Virus record (IMG/VR): IMGVR_UViG_3300002307_000018
Coordinates: 1-64,000 of that record
Direction: 5' to 3' (one strand)
DNA length: 64,000 nt
From: a virus
Taxonomy: Duplodnaviria; Caudoviricetes
In this document: positions 16,070 to 26,800 of the stretch, piece after piece
Numbering within the stretch: the first letter of the stretch is position 1
Layout: the number at the start of each line of letters is the position of its first letter
Position numbers and translations under genes: made by a program
Notes under the pieces: generated by a model
What the model was told of the DNA's origin: nothing
The model's database searches: none
Seen by the model: the letters and a program-made list of their open reading frames with translations, nothing else

Positions 16070-19000
16070 ATGGCAGAGAATACCACACGAATTGTAGGAA
16101 CACCCAACAACTATAAAGCTGATCGTGGAGCGGCAACGCTTATGAACATGCCAATCATTGGCGTGGTCAAAAACAATATCGACCCTACGCACAGTGGTCG
16201 CATTCAAGTGTATCTTTCACAGTTTCAATTTCCTGATCCTAACGACAGTGCCAATTGGGTCACAGTTTCGTATATGTCACCCTTTCACGGAAGCTCTGGA
16301 AACAATAACAATCCAAGTCCTTCTGCCACAACCGATGGATACGGCAAGTATGTAGGCAACCCGCAAAGTTATGGGTTCTGGGCAAGTGCTCCTGACATTG
16401 GCAGTGAAGTGCTGTGTATATTTGCCAACGGTGACCCACAGCAGGGATATTATATTGGTTGCATACCAAAAGCAGGTGTGCTAAGCATGACTCCATCATT
16501 GGGCAGCACGTCAGCAGTTGTGCCCAACAGTGCTGAAGCAAAAGCATACGGCGGAGCAGACAGACTGCCAACGGGCGAAGCCAACTCCAACAACCCAACG
16601 ATTGACAATAGTGGCTCAATCAACACTGATCCCAAACCTGTACAATCATATCAAGCTGCCATTTTGCAACAACAGGGCTTGTTGCGTGACAATGATCGTG
16701 GAACAATATCATCATCAGCAAGTCGTGAATCACCCTCACGAGTGTTCGGCATGTCAACACCAGGCGGCCCAATATACGAGGGCGGATATACAAACGCAAC
16801 AATCGGTCAAGCTGCCGTTGACCCTGCAACTCCTGATGCAAAGCTGGCACAAGTCGGTCGCACAGGCGGTCACTCGTTCACAATGGATGACGGCGATCTT
16901 GAGGGTCAAAATCAACTTATGCGTCTCAGATCATCAGCGGGTCACATGATCCTGATGAATGACTCAGCACAATCAATGTTCATGATTCACGCCAACGGTC
17001 AAACATGGGTCGAGATGGGTGCTGAGGGCACAATCGACCTGTATTCGACCAACTCTGTGAACATTCGCTCGGAAGGTGATCTGAACTTTCACGCAGATCG
17101 TGACATCAACATGCATGCCGCAAAAGACTTCACTGTGTACGCTGACAACTTCAATGTCGAAGCAGACACAAACATGAACGTCAGAACCGGTGCCGACTAC
17201 TCGCAGTATACCGTGGGCAAACACACGCTGAAAGTTGACGGAGCAATGGCGTTGGCAAGCAAGGGCGAAGCATCGCTTGCATCATCGGGCACAACATACC
17301 TCAACGGCACAAAAATCAATCTCAACACAGGCAGCGCATCGACGACTCCTGAGGAAGTCAAGGTGATCACAAAGTCAAATCACCCTGACACAACATACTC
17401 GACCTCAAAGGGCTGGATGTATCCGTCACCTGACGCACTGCTGTCAGTGACAAGTCGTGCTCCAACACATCAACCCTATATCGGTGCCGGCAAGGGCGTT
17501 GACATCAAAGTCAAAAATCAAGTTGACAGTTCAGTGCCAGTGACCACAAAGAAAGTTGATGAAATCAACGCTGCAACTCCAAACGTGCCCAACAACCCAA
17601 CCACGCCCACAATCACAGGCACAGTTCCTCCGGTCAAAGCGTCAAACCCATTGCCAAACATGAACTCAGCAGCAGTGACAGCACTTGCAGGACAACAAGC
17701 GGCAATCAACTCGACAATGCCAAGCGGGCTTCCACCTGCCAAGGCAATCGCAGGCTCAACAGTTCGTGCGGCAAAGTCAGCAGGCACACCCACTGCACCT
17801 CAAATCTCAACGTTCATGCTTGGAGATGTCACGCCCTTGGGAGAAAACACACCACAGGATCCGCTGGGCGACGCAATCGCAGGTCTTCAGCTTGGCATTG
17901 AGCCAGACAGCAAGCGTGGCATTGGTATCATCGACGGCAACGCAGGTGTCACAATCTATCAAGCAACACTTCCAGGTTCAATTTTGAAACCAGGATGTCA
18001 ACCCTTGCTGCAAGCACGTCTTGCACAGGGTATGCCCTATCAGTATGCACTGCAGGGTCTTGTCACTGGAAACTATGGAGCTGTGAACCCATTGCAAGTG
18101 CTGCAAAACAATAGTGTGCAACTTGCAGCGGTAGGGTTCGCAATGAACACTGTGTCGCAAAGCTTGTACGATCAAGGATACTTCACAGGACAAGAAAGTG
18201 CAGCACAAGCAGGCGGTCTTGTCATGGCTGCATCAAACTTTGGTCTGATTCCGCAAGTCACATATATCAACGGACAGGGATACTCCACTGCAGGCGTGAT
18301 TGCAACAGGCGCACAACTTGCCGGTATAACATACGATCTCACAGGGAAAGTATACGACATGGTTGCCGCTGGAAACTTTGCCGGCAACTTGTCAGACGCA
18401 ATTTCAAACGGTGTCGAGGGTCTTGCAAACTCAATCGGAGACGCAGTTCAGAACACGCTGAACGCAATCGGTTCAACACTGAGCAACATTGCCAACGCAC
18501 TTGAGGGCACACTGCGATCAGCATTCAAAGCTGTTGAGGCATCATACAAAGTTCTCACCGAAGACGTGCCAAATTATTTGGGCGGAGTTGTGGCAACAAT
18601 CTCGACCAATCTTGAGGCAGCATCGGCAAAATACGACAGTGCTCAACGTGAAATCGAAATCAATCAGATCATATACGACTCAGCACGTTCAGCATACAGA
18701 AACGATGCGTCAGATGAAAATGCACAAGCACTGCAAACTGCTGAAGCAGCACTTGTCAACAGTCGCAAAGATGCAGCGAAAGCAAGCTTGTCATTCTTGA
18801 CGGGCAGTGCTGTTCAAAACACCAACAACGACGTTCAACAGTTGGGCGAACAAGTCCCTCAACCTGTGACCACGGCAAACAGCGGCATGAACGCACTGCC
18901 AGGCGGTGCTGGAGCAATCGTCAATCAAGTCACGCCAAGTGGACAGTCAATTCTATCACTGCTCAACTACAGCAGTGCTGCACAAAACGCATTGAACAGC

Positions 19001-19771
19001 GCAGGGTTGCCGCTTGGTATGAGTGCTACACAGTTCTTGAACCCAGCAATCTATGCAGGCAATCTTGTGCAGGGTACGATCTCTGCTGCAAACGCATACG
19101 TGTACAAGTATGCAGCGCCAGCGTTCAATGCTGTGAACACCGTGACTGCACTGACAGGAGGATCAATACCAGCAACATACGTGATCTCAAACACAATTTC
19201 TGGCATTGTCAGCACACTGCAAACGTCAATTTCTGCCATTGGATACGGTGGTCAGATCAAACCTGTGTCACAAGCAACTCAGACGTTCTACAGAACAACA
19301 ATCACAAGCAACACTGGACAACTGATGAATGACAGTCGCATACCATTGCCAATCTCTGCCACCTATGTTGCCAAAGATGACAACTCAAAATCACAAGACA
19401 CATCAGTGGCAGACAAAGTTCTCAAAGAGCAAAACGAAAAATTGAGAAGAATCAGCGACTTGAAGCAAACTATTGCCGACACACAAGACGGTATTGTTCG
19501 TGAAACGCTTCTCTATGAAAAGAACCCATCTGATCTTCAAAAATATCGCATTGAGCAATTGCAAAAAGACAAAGCAAACTATCAAAAGAGTCTTACAGAA
19601 GCAGAAGCAAGCTACTCGTCAACAGTCAAGGGTCAAAGCAGTCCTCCTCAACCACAGTCTGCATGGTCAAAATGGTGGAACGGAGATAAATCGGATACGA
19701 GTAAATACTTTCAGTGGGACGAAACTCCACAGCAAAAGTATGAACGAATTGGACCAGCATATCTAAGGTAA
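16070..19771 (+). CDS. gp5: Central spike protein (gp5/VgrG-like OB fold and beta-helix) with long C-terminal extension
   Basis: IGVVKNNIDPTHSGRIQVY...SYGFWASAPDIGSEVLCIF...GGHSFTMDDGD...RLRSSAGHMILMND, followed by beta-strand repeats. Confidence 0.8.
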   Translation: MAENTTRIVGTPNNYKADRGAATLMNMPIIGVVKNNIDPTHSGRIQVYLSQFQFPDPNDSANWVTVSYMSPFHGSSGNNNNPSPSATTDGYGKYVGNPQSYGFWASAPDIGSEVLCIFANGDPQQGYYIGCIPKAGVLSMTPSLGSTSAVVPNSAEAKAYGGADRLPTGEANSNNPTIDNSGSINTDPKPVQSYQAAILQQQGLLRDNDRGTISSSASRESPSRVFGMSTPGGPIYEGGYTNATIGQAAVDPATPDAKLAQVGRTGGHSFTMDDGDLEGQNQLMRLRSSAGHMILMNDSAQSMFMIHANGQTWVEMGAEGTIDLYSTNSVNIRSEGDLNFHADRDINMHAAKDFTVYADNFNVEADTNMNVRTGADYSQYTVGKHTLKVDGAMALASKGEASLASSGTTYLNGTKINLNTGSASTTPEEVKVITKSNHPDTTYSTSKGWMYPSPDALLSVTSRAPTHQPYIGAGKGVDIKVKNQVDSSVPVTTKKVDEINAATPNVPNNPTTPTITGTVPPVKASNPLPNMNSAAVTALAGQQAAINSTMPSGLPPAKAIAGSTVRAAKSAGTPTAPQISTFMLGDVTPLGENTPQDPLGDAIAGLQLGIEPDSKRGIGIIDGNAGVTIYQATLPGSILKPGCQPLLQARLAQGMPYQYALQGLVTGNYGAVNPLQVLQNNSVQLAAVGFAMNTVSQSLYDQGYFTGQESAAQAGGLVMAASNFGLIPQVTYINGQGYSTAGVIATGAQLAGITYDLTGKVYDMVAAGNFAGNLSDAISNGVEGLANSIGDAVQNTLNAIGSTLSNIANALEGTLRSAFKAVEASYKVLTEDVPNYLGGVVATISTNLEAASAKYDSAQREIEINQIIYDSARSAYRNDASDENAQALQTAEAALVNSRKDAAKASLSFLTGSAVQNTNNDVQQLGEQVPQPVTTANSGMNALPGGAGAIVNQVTPSGQSILSLLNYSSAAQNALNSAGLPLGMSATQFLNPAIYAGNLVQGTISAANAYVYKYAAPAFNAVNTVTALTGGSIPATYVISNTISGIVSTLQTSISAIGYGGQIKPVSQATQTFYRTTITSNTGQLMNDSRIPLPISATYVAKDDNSKSQDTSVADKVLKEQNEKLRRISDLKQTIADTQDGIVRETLLYEKNPSDLQKYRIEQLQKDKANYQKSLTEAEASYSSTVKGQSSPPQPQSAWSKWWNGDKSDTSKYFQWDETPQQKYERIGPAYLR

Positions 19772-19787
19772 GAACAGGACAATAAAA

Positions 19788-20240
19788 ATGGCAACATATA
19801 TCGGATTCTCAACTGTAGGCGCAAATCAGCCTGATACAATCAACCGAGCAGGTCGTTTTGGTGGACCAGGATCGACCACATATCAGCCCAGACTTGGTCG
19901 CAAGTACGTACTCACTGACGAACAACTTGTGATCAGAGACTTGCTCAACGCACTGAGCATCAAGCAGGGTGACAAAGTTGGGCAACCTCAGTATGGAACA
20001 ACACTGTGGTCATATGTGTTCGAGCCTCAGAATGAAGCCACACAGCAATTGATCACAACTGAAGTTCGTCGTGTCATGGCATTGGACCCACGCATCATTC
20101 TCAACTCTCTTGGAGTGTATTCTCAGAACAATGGCATATTGTTACAAGTCGAAATGGCATTTTCACCGTTCAACAACGCAGTCACGGTTGACTTGTTCTT
20201 GAACAAATATGACGGAAGCATCAAGCAGTTGGCAAAGTAA
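19788..20240 (+). CDS. gp25: Baseplate wedge/sheath initiator (T4 gp25-like)
   Basis: LVIRDLLNALSIKQGDKVGQPQYGTTLWSYVFEP...DPRI. Confidence 0.85.
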   Translation: MATYIGFSTVGANQPDTINRAGRFGGPGSTTYQPRLGRKYVLTDEQLVIRDLLNALSIKQGDKVGQPQYGTTLWSYVFEPQNEATQQLITTEVRRVMALDPRIILNSLGVYSQNNGILLQVEMAFSPFNNAVTVDLFLNKYDGSIKQLAK

Positions 20241-20263
20241 GAAATCAACACGTTTTGTAGAGA

Positions 20264-20269
20264 TAAATA
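20264..20269 (+). promoter_or_regulatory. Late-type TAAATA promoter; equivalent sites at 23811, 36200, 36998/37002, 38909 and 60993
   Basis: TAAATA in short intergenic gaps directly upstream of structural genes. Confidence 0.6.
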
Positions 20270-20293
20270 CAAGACTACTGAGGTCATATATAA

Positions 20294-23200
20294 ATGCCAA
20301 CCACATCATCTTCTGGATCACTTACCAGTTCACTTGCTGGATCACAAACGAGTTCGCTGAGTTCAACTCGTCAAAGCGCACTGTTTGGTCTGCAAGACTG
20401 GACACGCATTTATGAAACGTATCGTCAAGCAAACTTTGTGTCATACGATTATGAGACACTACGCAAGACGTTTATTGACTATCTGACCACATACTATCCA
20501 GAAACATACAACGACTACATTGAGTCATCAGAGTTTGTAGCATTGCTAGACGTAATGGCATACATGGGTCAAGCTCTTGCTTTCCGTGATGACTTAAACG
20601 CACGTGAAAACTTTATCGACACTGCTGAGCGTCGTGATAGTGTAATCAAGCTTGCAAATCTTGTTTCATACAATCCCAAGCGAAACATTGAATCAAACGG
20701 TCTTGTCAAAGTTACAGCAGTATCAACATCAGAATCAATCTTTGACATCAACGGTGCATCACTTGGCAACTCAACAATTTTGTGGAATGACCCTGCAAAC
20801 CCAAACTGGCAATCACAATTCAACACCATTCTGAACGCAGCGTTTGTCAACAGTCAGCGGGTAGGCAGACCAGGAAACTCTCAAGAAGTTCTTGGCGTTA
20901 CAACCGATGAGTATACAGTCAACATTGTTCCAAATCAGACTCCAGTTATTCCGTTCAACACTCAAGTCAACGGTGTTCTTACCAACTTTGAACTGGTGTC
21001 CGTGACATCAGCAAATCAAACATACTTGTACGAGCTACCTCCTGCTCCAAGTGGTCAGTTCAATATGCTGTATCGCAATGACGGTCTAGGATACGCAAGC
21101 CCAAACACAGGTTTCTTCTTTTATTTCAAGCAGGGTAGTTTGCAAAGCTATGATATGTATTTTGTCGAGCGCATTCAAAACAATTTTCAAAACATTGATA
21201 TTGAAGGCATCAATAACTCAGATACATGGCTGTACAAGCTTAATGCCAACTTGACAATTTCAGAATTGTGGGACCAAGTTGAAAACTTATTCATCTCTAG
21301 CGGCAATGCACAGGGCAACTCGGCACAACCGATCTTTACAGTTGTATCACGAGCAAACGATCAGGTCACATACGTGTTTGGCGATGGCGTATTTGGAGAA
21401 ATACCTGTCTCAAATTTCAGAGCATACGTTCGTTCCGGCAACGCACTGACATACTCAATAGACCCAAGTGAGATGTCGGGCATTGTTGTCAACTTACCAT
21501 ACATTAGTAGAACAGGAAACAATGAAATACTGACATTTACATTCTCGTTACAAACGGTCAACAACACTGCTCAAGCTCGTCAATCAATTGCGGCAATCAA
21601 GGAACGTGCTCCTGCCAGATACTACACTCAAAATCGTATGGTCAACGGCGAAGATTATACAAACTTCCCATTCACACTGTACAACTCAATTGTCAAGTCA
21701 TCGGCGGTCAATCGTAGTTCAATTGGAGTATCACGTGGTCTTGATCTTCTTGATCCCACAGGCGTGTACAGTTCAACCAACGTCTTCGCAGATGACGGAG
21801 CACTGTATGTATCTGCACTTGACAAGACAGTCACGTTCTCGACACAAAGCATCAACTTTGCGGTTGAATTTTTGTCGGTAGAATTGCCAATCTTGCTGTC
21901 AAGTCCAGGAGCAGTACAATACTATCAGCAAAACTATCCAAGATACAGCGGTGATTATCCAAGCACAGTATCAGTTGATCAGCAAACATACTGGCAGCAA
22001 GTTACTATTGACAGTGCTGCTGTCACTGGATACTTTTACATTATCGATCACACTGGACAAAAGATTCCGGTACCTGTAGGCACATACTCGACTTACAACA
22101 TGCGCTATATCACACAGGGCGCACAACTTAAGTTTGTAGCACCCGCTGGTTTCTATTTTGATTCTAACAATAGACTACAACAGGGTATTGCCAATCCAAA
22201 TCTAGGACAAAAATATTTCATTTGGGTCGGTGTTGTCTCAGTTGTTGGCGATGGATACAACGGTGGCAGTGGTGCACTGCTCGATGGACTTGGCCCAATC
22301 ACATTGAATGCTTATGTTCCAAGCGGAGCATCGCTTGATGACAATCAAATCACCCCAACGGCAATTATTCCCGACTTCAGCAACACGTTCAGTCAGACAT
22401 TGGTCAGCAAGATACTTGACAAGATCAATTTGCAACAAGACTTTGCTCTTGCATTTGACAACAGCAAGTTGCTTACTGTTGATCGCTGGTCACTTGTACA
22501 GCCAATTCCAACAACAGTAACTCCAACTACATACTTTGTAAAGTTTATTGCAGACACCGCAAGCGGCAACTACATTGTATCTATCAAGAACACTGTATAC
22601 TATTTTGGTAGTGTCAGCGAAGTTCGCTTTATGTTCTCCGGAACACAAAAAGTATATGATCAAGCAAGTGGTCAAGTATTCTCTGACTTTGTAAATGTCT
22701 TTAAGAACAACTCAAACCCGCAAAATACTGGAACATTAGGTCTGGACTATATTCTAAATGTCACAGGACAAGCCATTCAAAGTGATGGCTATCCAGATGA
22801 CTATCAAGTACAAGTAAGCAGTGTCAACTTGACCACAGGATTCTCATTTGATCCAGATTTCTTTGCTGAGATTGTAGGAACAAGTCCAACTGCTTATGTA
22901 TTCTTTGGTGTTTACAAAGACTTGAATGATTTGTATCGCACACAAGTATTGCCAGCCAATCTTGTCAAGTATGCTTATACAACACTGGCAGCAGTGCAAA
23001 ACGTAGTGTATGAATACCCAGCGGGCACAGTGTTTTATTGCTCAGCGCAAACAAGCACATCAGGTCTACCGGTATTCTATCAATCTGCCATTGTACCTGC
23101 GACCAATCCACCAATTCTACAATTGAATGATGTGACCACGCAGTATCTTGTGACCAAGGGTCGTGGAGCATTGAACTTTCAGTATCGTCATAACAGTGAC

Positions 23201-23788
23201 AACACCACTCGTATCGATCCAGCAACAACAAACATTATTGATCTGTACATTGTGACTCAAGCGTACTACACTCAGTATCAAAACTGGTTGAATGATACTA
23301 CTGGCACAGTACCACTACCATCGCAGCCTACGATTGATGAATTACAGCAAGCATACGGTGATTTAGACAGCTATAAGATGATCTCTGACTCAGTGATCTT
23401 GAATTCGGTGACTTTCAAGCCATTGTTTGGAGAAAAAGCGGCACCTGCGCTACAGGGTAAGATCAAAGTTATTAAAAATCCTAGTGTAGTTGTAAGCGAT
23501 AGTCAAATTGTCAGTGCAGTATTAAGTGCTCTGAATCAATATTTTACAATTGACGTATGGGATTTTGGATCAACGTTCTACTTCTCAGAACTAACTGCTT
23601 ACTTACACATGCAGTTAGGTACATTGATTAGTTCTGTTGTGCTTGTGCCTAACAATCCTAATCAGACATTTGGTGATTTGTATGAAGTGCTGTCACAGCC
23701 CAATGAAATTTTTGTCAATGGCGCCAACGCTAATGATATTATCGTGATTAGTGCTCTAACTCCAGCAAACTTACAACGCGGAATCTAA
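20294..23788 (+). CDS. gp6: Baseplate wedge subunit (T4 gp6-like)
   Basis: SYDYETLRKTFIDYL...DYIESSEFVALLDVMAY...ENFIDTAERRDSVIKLA...RYYTQNRMVNGEDY. Confidence 0.85.
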   Translation: MPTTSSSGSLTSSLAGSQTSSLSSTRQSALFGLQDWTRIYETYRQANFVSYDYETLRKTFIDYLTTYYPETYNDYIESSEFVALLDVMAYMGQALAFRDDLNARENFIDTAERRDSVIKLANLVSYNPKRNIESNGLVKVTAVSTSESIFDINGASLGNSTILWNDPANPNWQSQFNTILNAAFVNSQRVGRPGNSQEVLGVTTDEYTVNIVPNQTPVIPFNTQVNGVLTNFELVSVTSANQTYLYELPPAPSGQFNMLYRNDGLGYASPNTGFFFYFKQGSLQSYDMYFVERIQNNFQNIDIEGINNSDTWLYKLNANLTISELWDQVENLFISSGNAQGNSAQPIFTVVSRANDQVTYVFGDGVFGEIPVSNFRAYVRSGNALTYSIDPSEMSGIVVNLPYISRTGNNEILTFTFSLQTVNNTAQARQSIAAIKERAPARYYTQNRMVNGEDYTNFPFTLYNSIVKSSAVNRSSIGVSRGLDLLDPTGVYSSTNVFADDGALYVSALDKTVTFSTQSINFAVEFLSVELPILLSSPGAVQYYQQNYPRYSGDYPSTVSVDQQTYWQQVTIDSAAVTGYFYIIDHTGQKIPVPVGTYSTYNMRYITQGAQLKFVAPAGFYFDSNNRLQQGIANPNLGQKYFIWVGVVSVVGDGYNGGSGALLDGLGPITLNAYVPSGASLDDNQITPTAIIPDFSNTFSQTLVSKILDKINLQQDFALAFDNSKLLTVDRWSLVQPIPTTVTPTTYFVKFIADTASGNYIVSIKNTVYYFGSVSEVRFMFSGTQKVYDQASGQVFSDFVNVFKNNSNPQNTGTLGLDYILNVTGQAIQSDGYPDDYQVQVSSVNLTTGFSFDPDFFAEIVGTSPTAYVFFGVYKDLNDLYRTQVLPANLVKYAYTTLAAVQNVVYEYPAGTVFYCSAQTSTSGLPVFYQSAIVPATNPPILQLNDVTTQYLVTKGRGALNFQYRHNSDNTTRIDPATTNIIDLYIVTQAYYTQYQNWLNDTTGTVPLPSQPTIDELQQAYGDLDSYKMISDSVILNSVTFKPLFGEKAAPALQGKIKVIKNPSVVVSDSQIVSAVLSALNQYFTIDVWDFGSTFYFSELTAYLHMQLGTLISSVVLVPNNPNQTFGDLYEVLSQPNEIFVNGANANDIIVISALTPANLQRGI

Positions 23789-23841
23789 AAAGCTTGCTTT
23801 TTAGTGAGACTAAATACTAGTATCATAGGTACAATGAGAAC

Positions 23842-26800
23842 ATGGCGACTAACCAGATAAGAACACTTGATTTCCTTCCAGAAGTCTTTCAAACAGAGAC
23901 TAACGCACAATTTTTGGCTGCGACACTAGATCAACTAGTAGCACAGCCCAAGATGAATCGTGTAGAGGGCTTTATTGGTCAAAAATATGGTTACGCTGTT
24001 GAAAAAAATGATCGCTATGTCGTAGAACCTACACAAACACGCTCTGACTATCAACTTGACCCGTCAGTTGTGTTCTTGAAACCTGAAACTCAAAAAGCTA
24101 AAGACTTTATAAACTATCCCGGCATGGTAAACGCACTAAAGCAACAGGGTGCTGTTACCAAAAATAACAATCGATTGTTTGAAAATGAGTTTTACTCTTG
24201 GGATTCGTTTGTCGATCTAGATATGATCGTCAACTACTCACAGTACTACTGGATTCCAAACGGTCCCGATGCTGTTAGCGTGACTACAGCAACCATATAC
24301 AACACACAAAACTACAAAGTCGCAGACAATGGCAACTCATACTCGCTGACCGGCTTCACACAAACAAACCCAACAATCACATTGCTTCGTGGTGGTACAT
24401 ACACATTTGAAGTTGATCAAACATCACAATTTTGGATTCAAGGTGTTCCTGGATTAACAGGCTATGGCATCAATCAAAACATTTCCACTCGTGAAGTGCT
24501 TGGTGTTGACAACAACGGCGCAACCGCAGGAACAATCACATTCACTGTTCCACAAAAAGACGCTCAGCAACAATACAATCTGTCTGGTAACTATTCCACC
24601 GACATTGTGACAACACTACAGTTCTCTGACATTGATGGTCAAACTACAACCACAGTTGGAAACATTGACGGCGTGACACAGCTTGACGGCAAGACACTAA
24701 TGTTCTACAACAACGGTGATTTGACCACACAGATATACTACTATGCTATTAGTGTTAATTCTATCACCAACATTATCACATTGACTCCTGTTGCAACAAT
24801 CATCAACAACGAACGCATTGTAGCAACCAGCGGAACAACTTGGGTTGGCCGTCAGTTTTACCGTGATGATACCGGTCTGATCAACATTGTTCCATATCTG
24901 TCTAGCATATTAGACAGACTGTATTATCAAGATGGCAGCAACGCACGTGCGTACGGCATTATCAATATTGTTGATAGCAACGATACAAACGCAATCAATC
25001 TTGACGAAATATTGGGTCACTCAAGTTATATTTCTCCAAACGGAGTTGACTTGATCAACGGTCTTAAGATTGTATTCAACTCTCCAACAATTCCAGAACT
25101 GTACAGCGGCAATGAATACTATGTTGAAGGCGTAGGATCAGCAATTGATTTGATTCCTGTATCTGATATGCTGGCAGTTGAAACAAAAACTCCTCCGCTA
25201 TATCTTCCGCTTCAGCAAGACTACATTGTTATCAATCGTGACAGTCGTGATCGCAACGCATGGAGTCGTGGAAATCGTTGGTTCAATACTCAAGTCATTG
25301 ATGCAACAATCAAATACAACGGACAACTATCAACATTACTTGACAATATTGCTACTCGTGCTGTTCGCCCTATCATTCAATTTGATGGCAATTTAGGTTT
25401 GTACAATTACGGCACAAAGTCATTGGGCTTTGTGGATCTATTTGACAATGTGACCACTGATGCTTTTTTGCAAGTTGTGGGTCAGACTACCTACACAATT
25501 GACGGAGTAGTTCTTCAAACAGGGCAAACAGTTGTATTCAATGCCGACACCAATGAGGGCGTTCGTCAGTCTGTATATACCATTGGTTTTGCACCTGTGG
25601 GTCCTAATGACTCGCTTGTCTTGACACTGACTCCAACACCTCGCATTCGCTGGTGGCTTGAGACTGCAAACTCAACACTTGATGCAAGTCTTGAGATCAA
25701 TGCGGTCAACAACGATCAAATTTATATTGCATCTGGACAAACATATGCTGGCACTGCTTGGAGATTCTCAAGACTACTGACTGACGATCCTCAAGACGGC
25801 AGCTGGGTATACGCACAGCAAAAGACATCAACAAATCAAGCTCCGTTGTTTGACATATACGACGAGAACGGCTTTTCACTGTCAAATCAGGCAATGTACC
25901 CATCATCAACCTTTCAAGGTTGCTATTTGTTCTCGTACACTTTGGGAACAGGCGCAACCGATCCTGTGTTGGGCTTCCCAATCGCATACTCAAGTGCTGC
26001 CTCTATCGGAGACATTGAGTTCACAGTCAATTTGAACAGTGACACATTCACCTATCAGCAAAATCTCAAGTTGATCACTGATTTGGTATCAATGGGATAC
26101 GTGTACTACTATCCAATAGTTGATCAACCTATTCAACGAACTGGATGGGTAGACGCTGCTGCGCCCTCAGTTCAAACTCAAGTGTTTGAGTTTGATGTCA
26201 CTACTGCTGGTACACAACTGTATATCTGTGATGTTCCTGCAAACATTGATACAGTGTGGAAAAACATTGTAGTGTACTACAACTCTGACATACTTGACCC
26301 ATCAAAATACACGGCAACTATTGACAGTGCAGCTAACACAACTACCATTGTGCTTGCAACTCCTACAACTGTCAATGATAAAATTACAATCTTGATTATC
26401 TCTGATGTTGCATCATCAACAGGGTACTACGAGATACCAACAAACTTGCAGAACAACCCATTCAACACCAACATTACAATTGTAAACGTAGGTGACTTGA
26501 AGAATCAATACATAACAATGTTCAACAACTCTCCTGACACAACAGGGCCAGTATTTGGACCAAACAACGTGTACAACTTGGGCAATCTCAACAAGTATGG
26601 CACAGCAATCATTCAGAACTCGGCATCACTGGTATTGCCTGGCGTATTCTTGCGTGACCCACAACTCAATGTGTTTGAAGCACTGCAATACAACAGTGAT
26701 CAGTATATTGACTACAAAACTTTGCTGGTATCATTGACAGATCAAAATGACTTTTCAATTTATACAACACCATCACAAATGTTGGACACAGTGTTGTATC

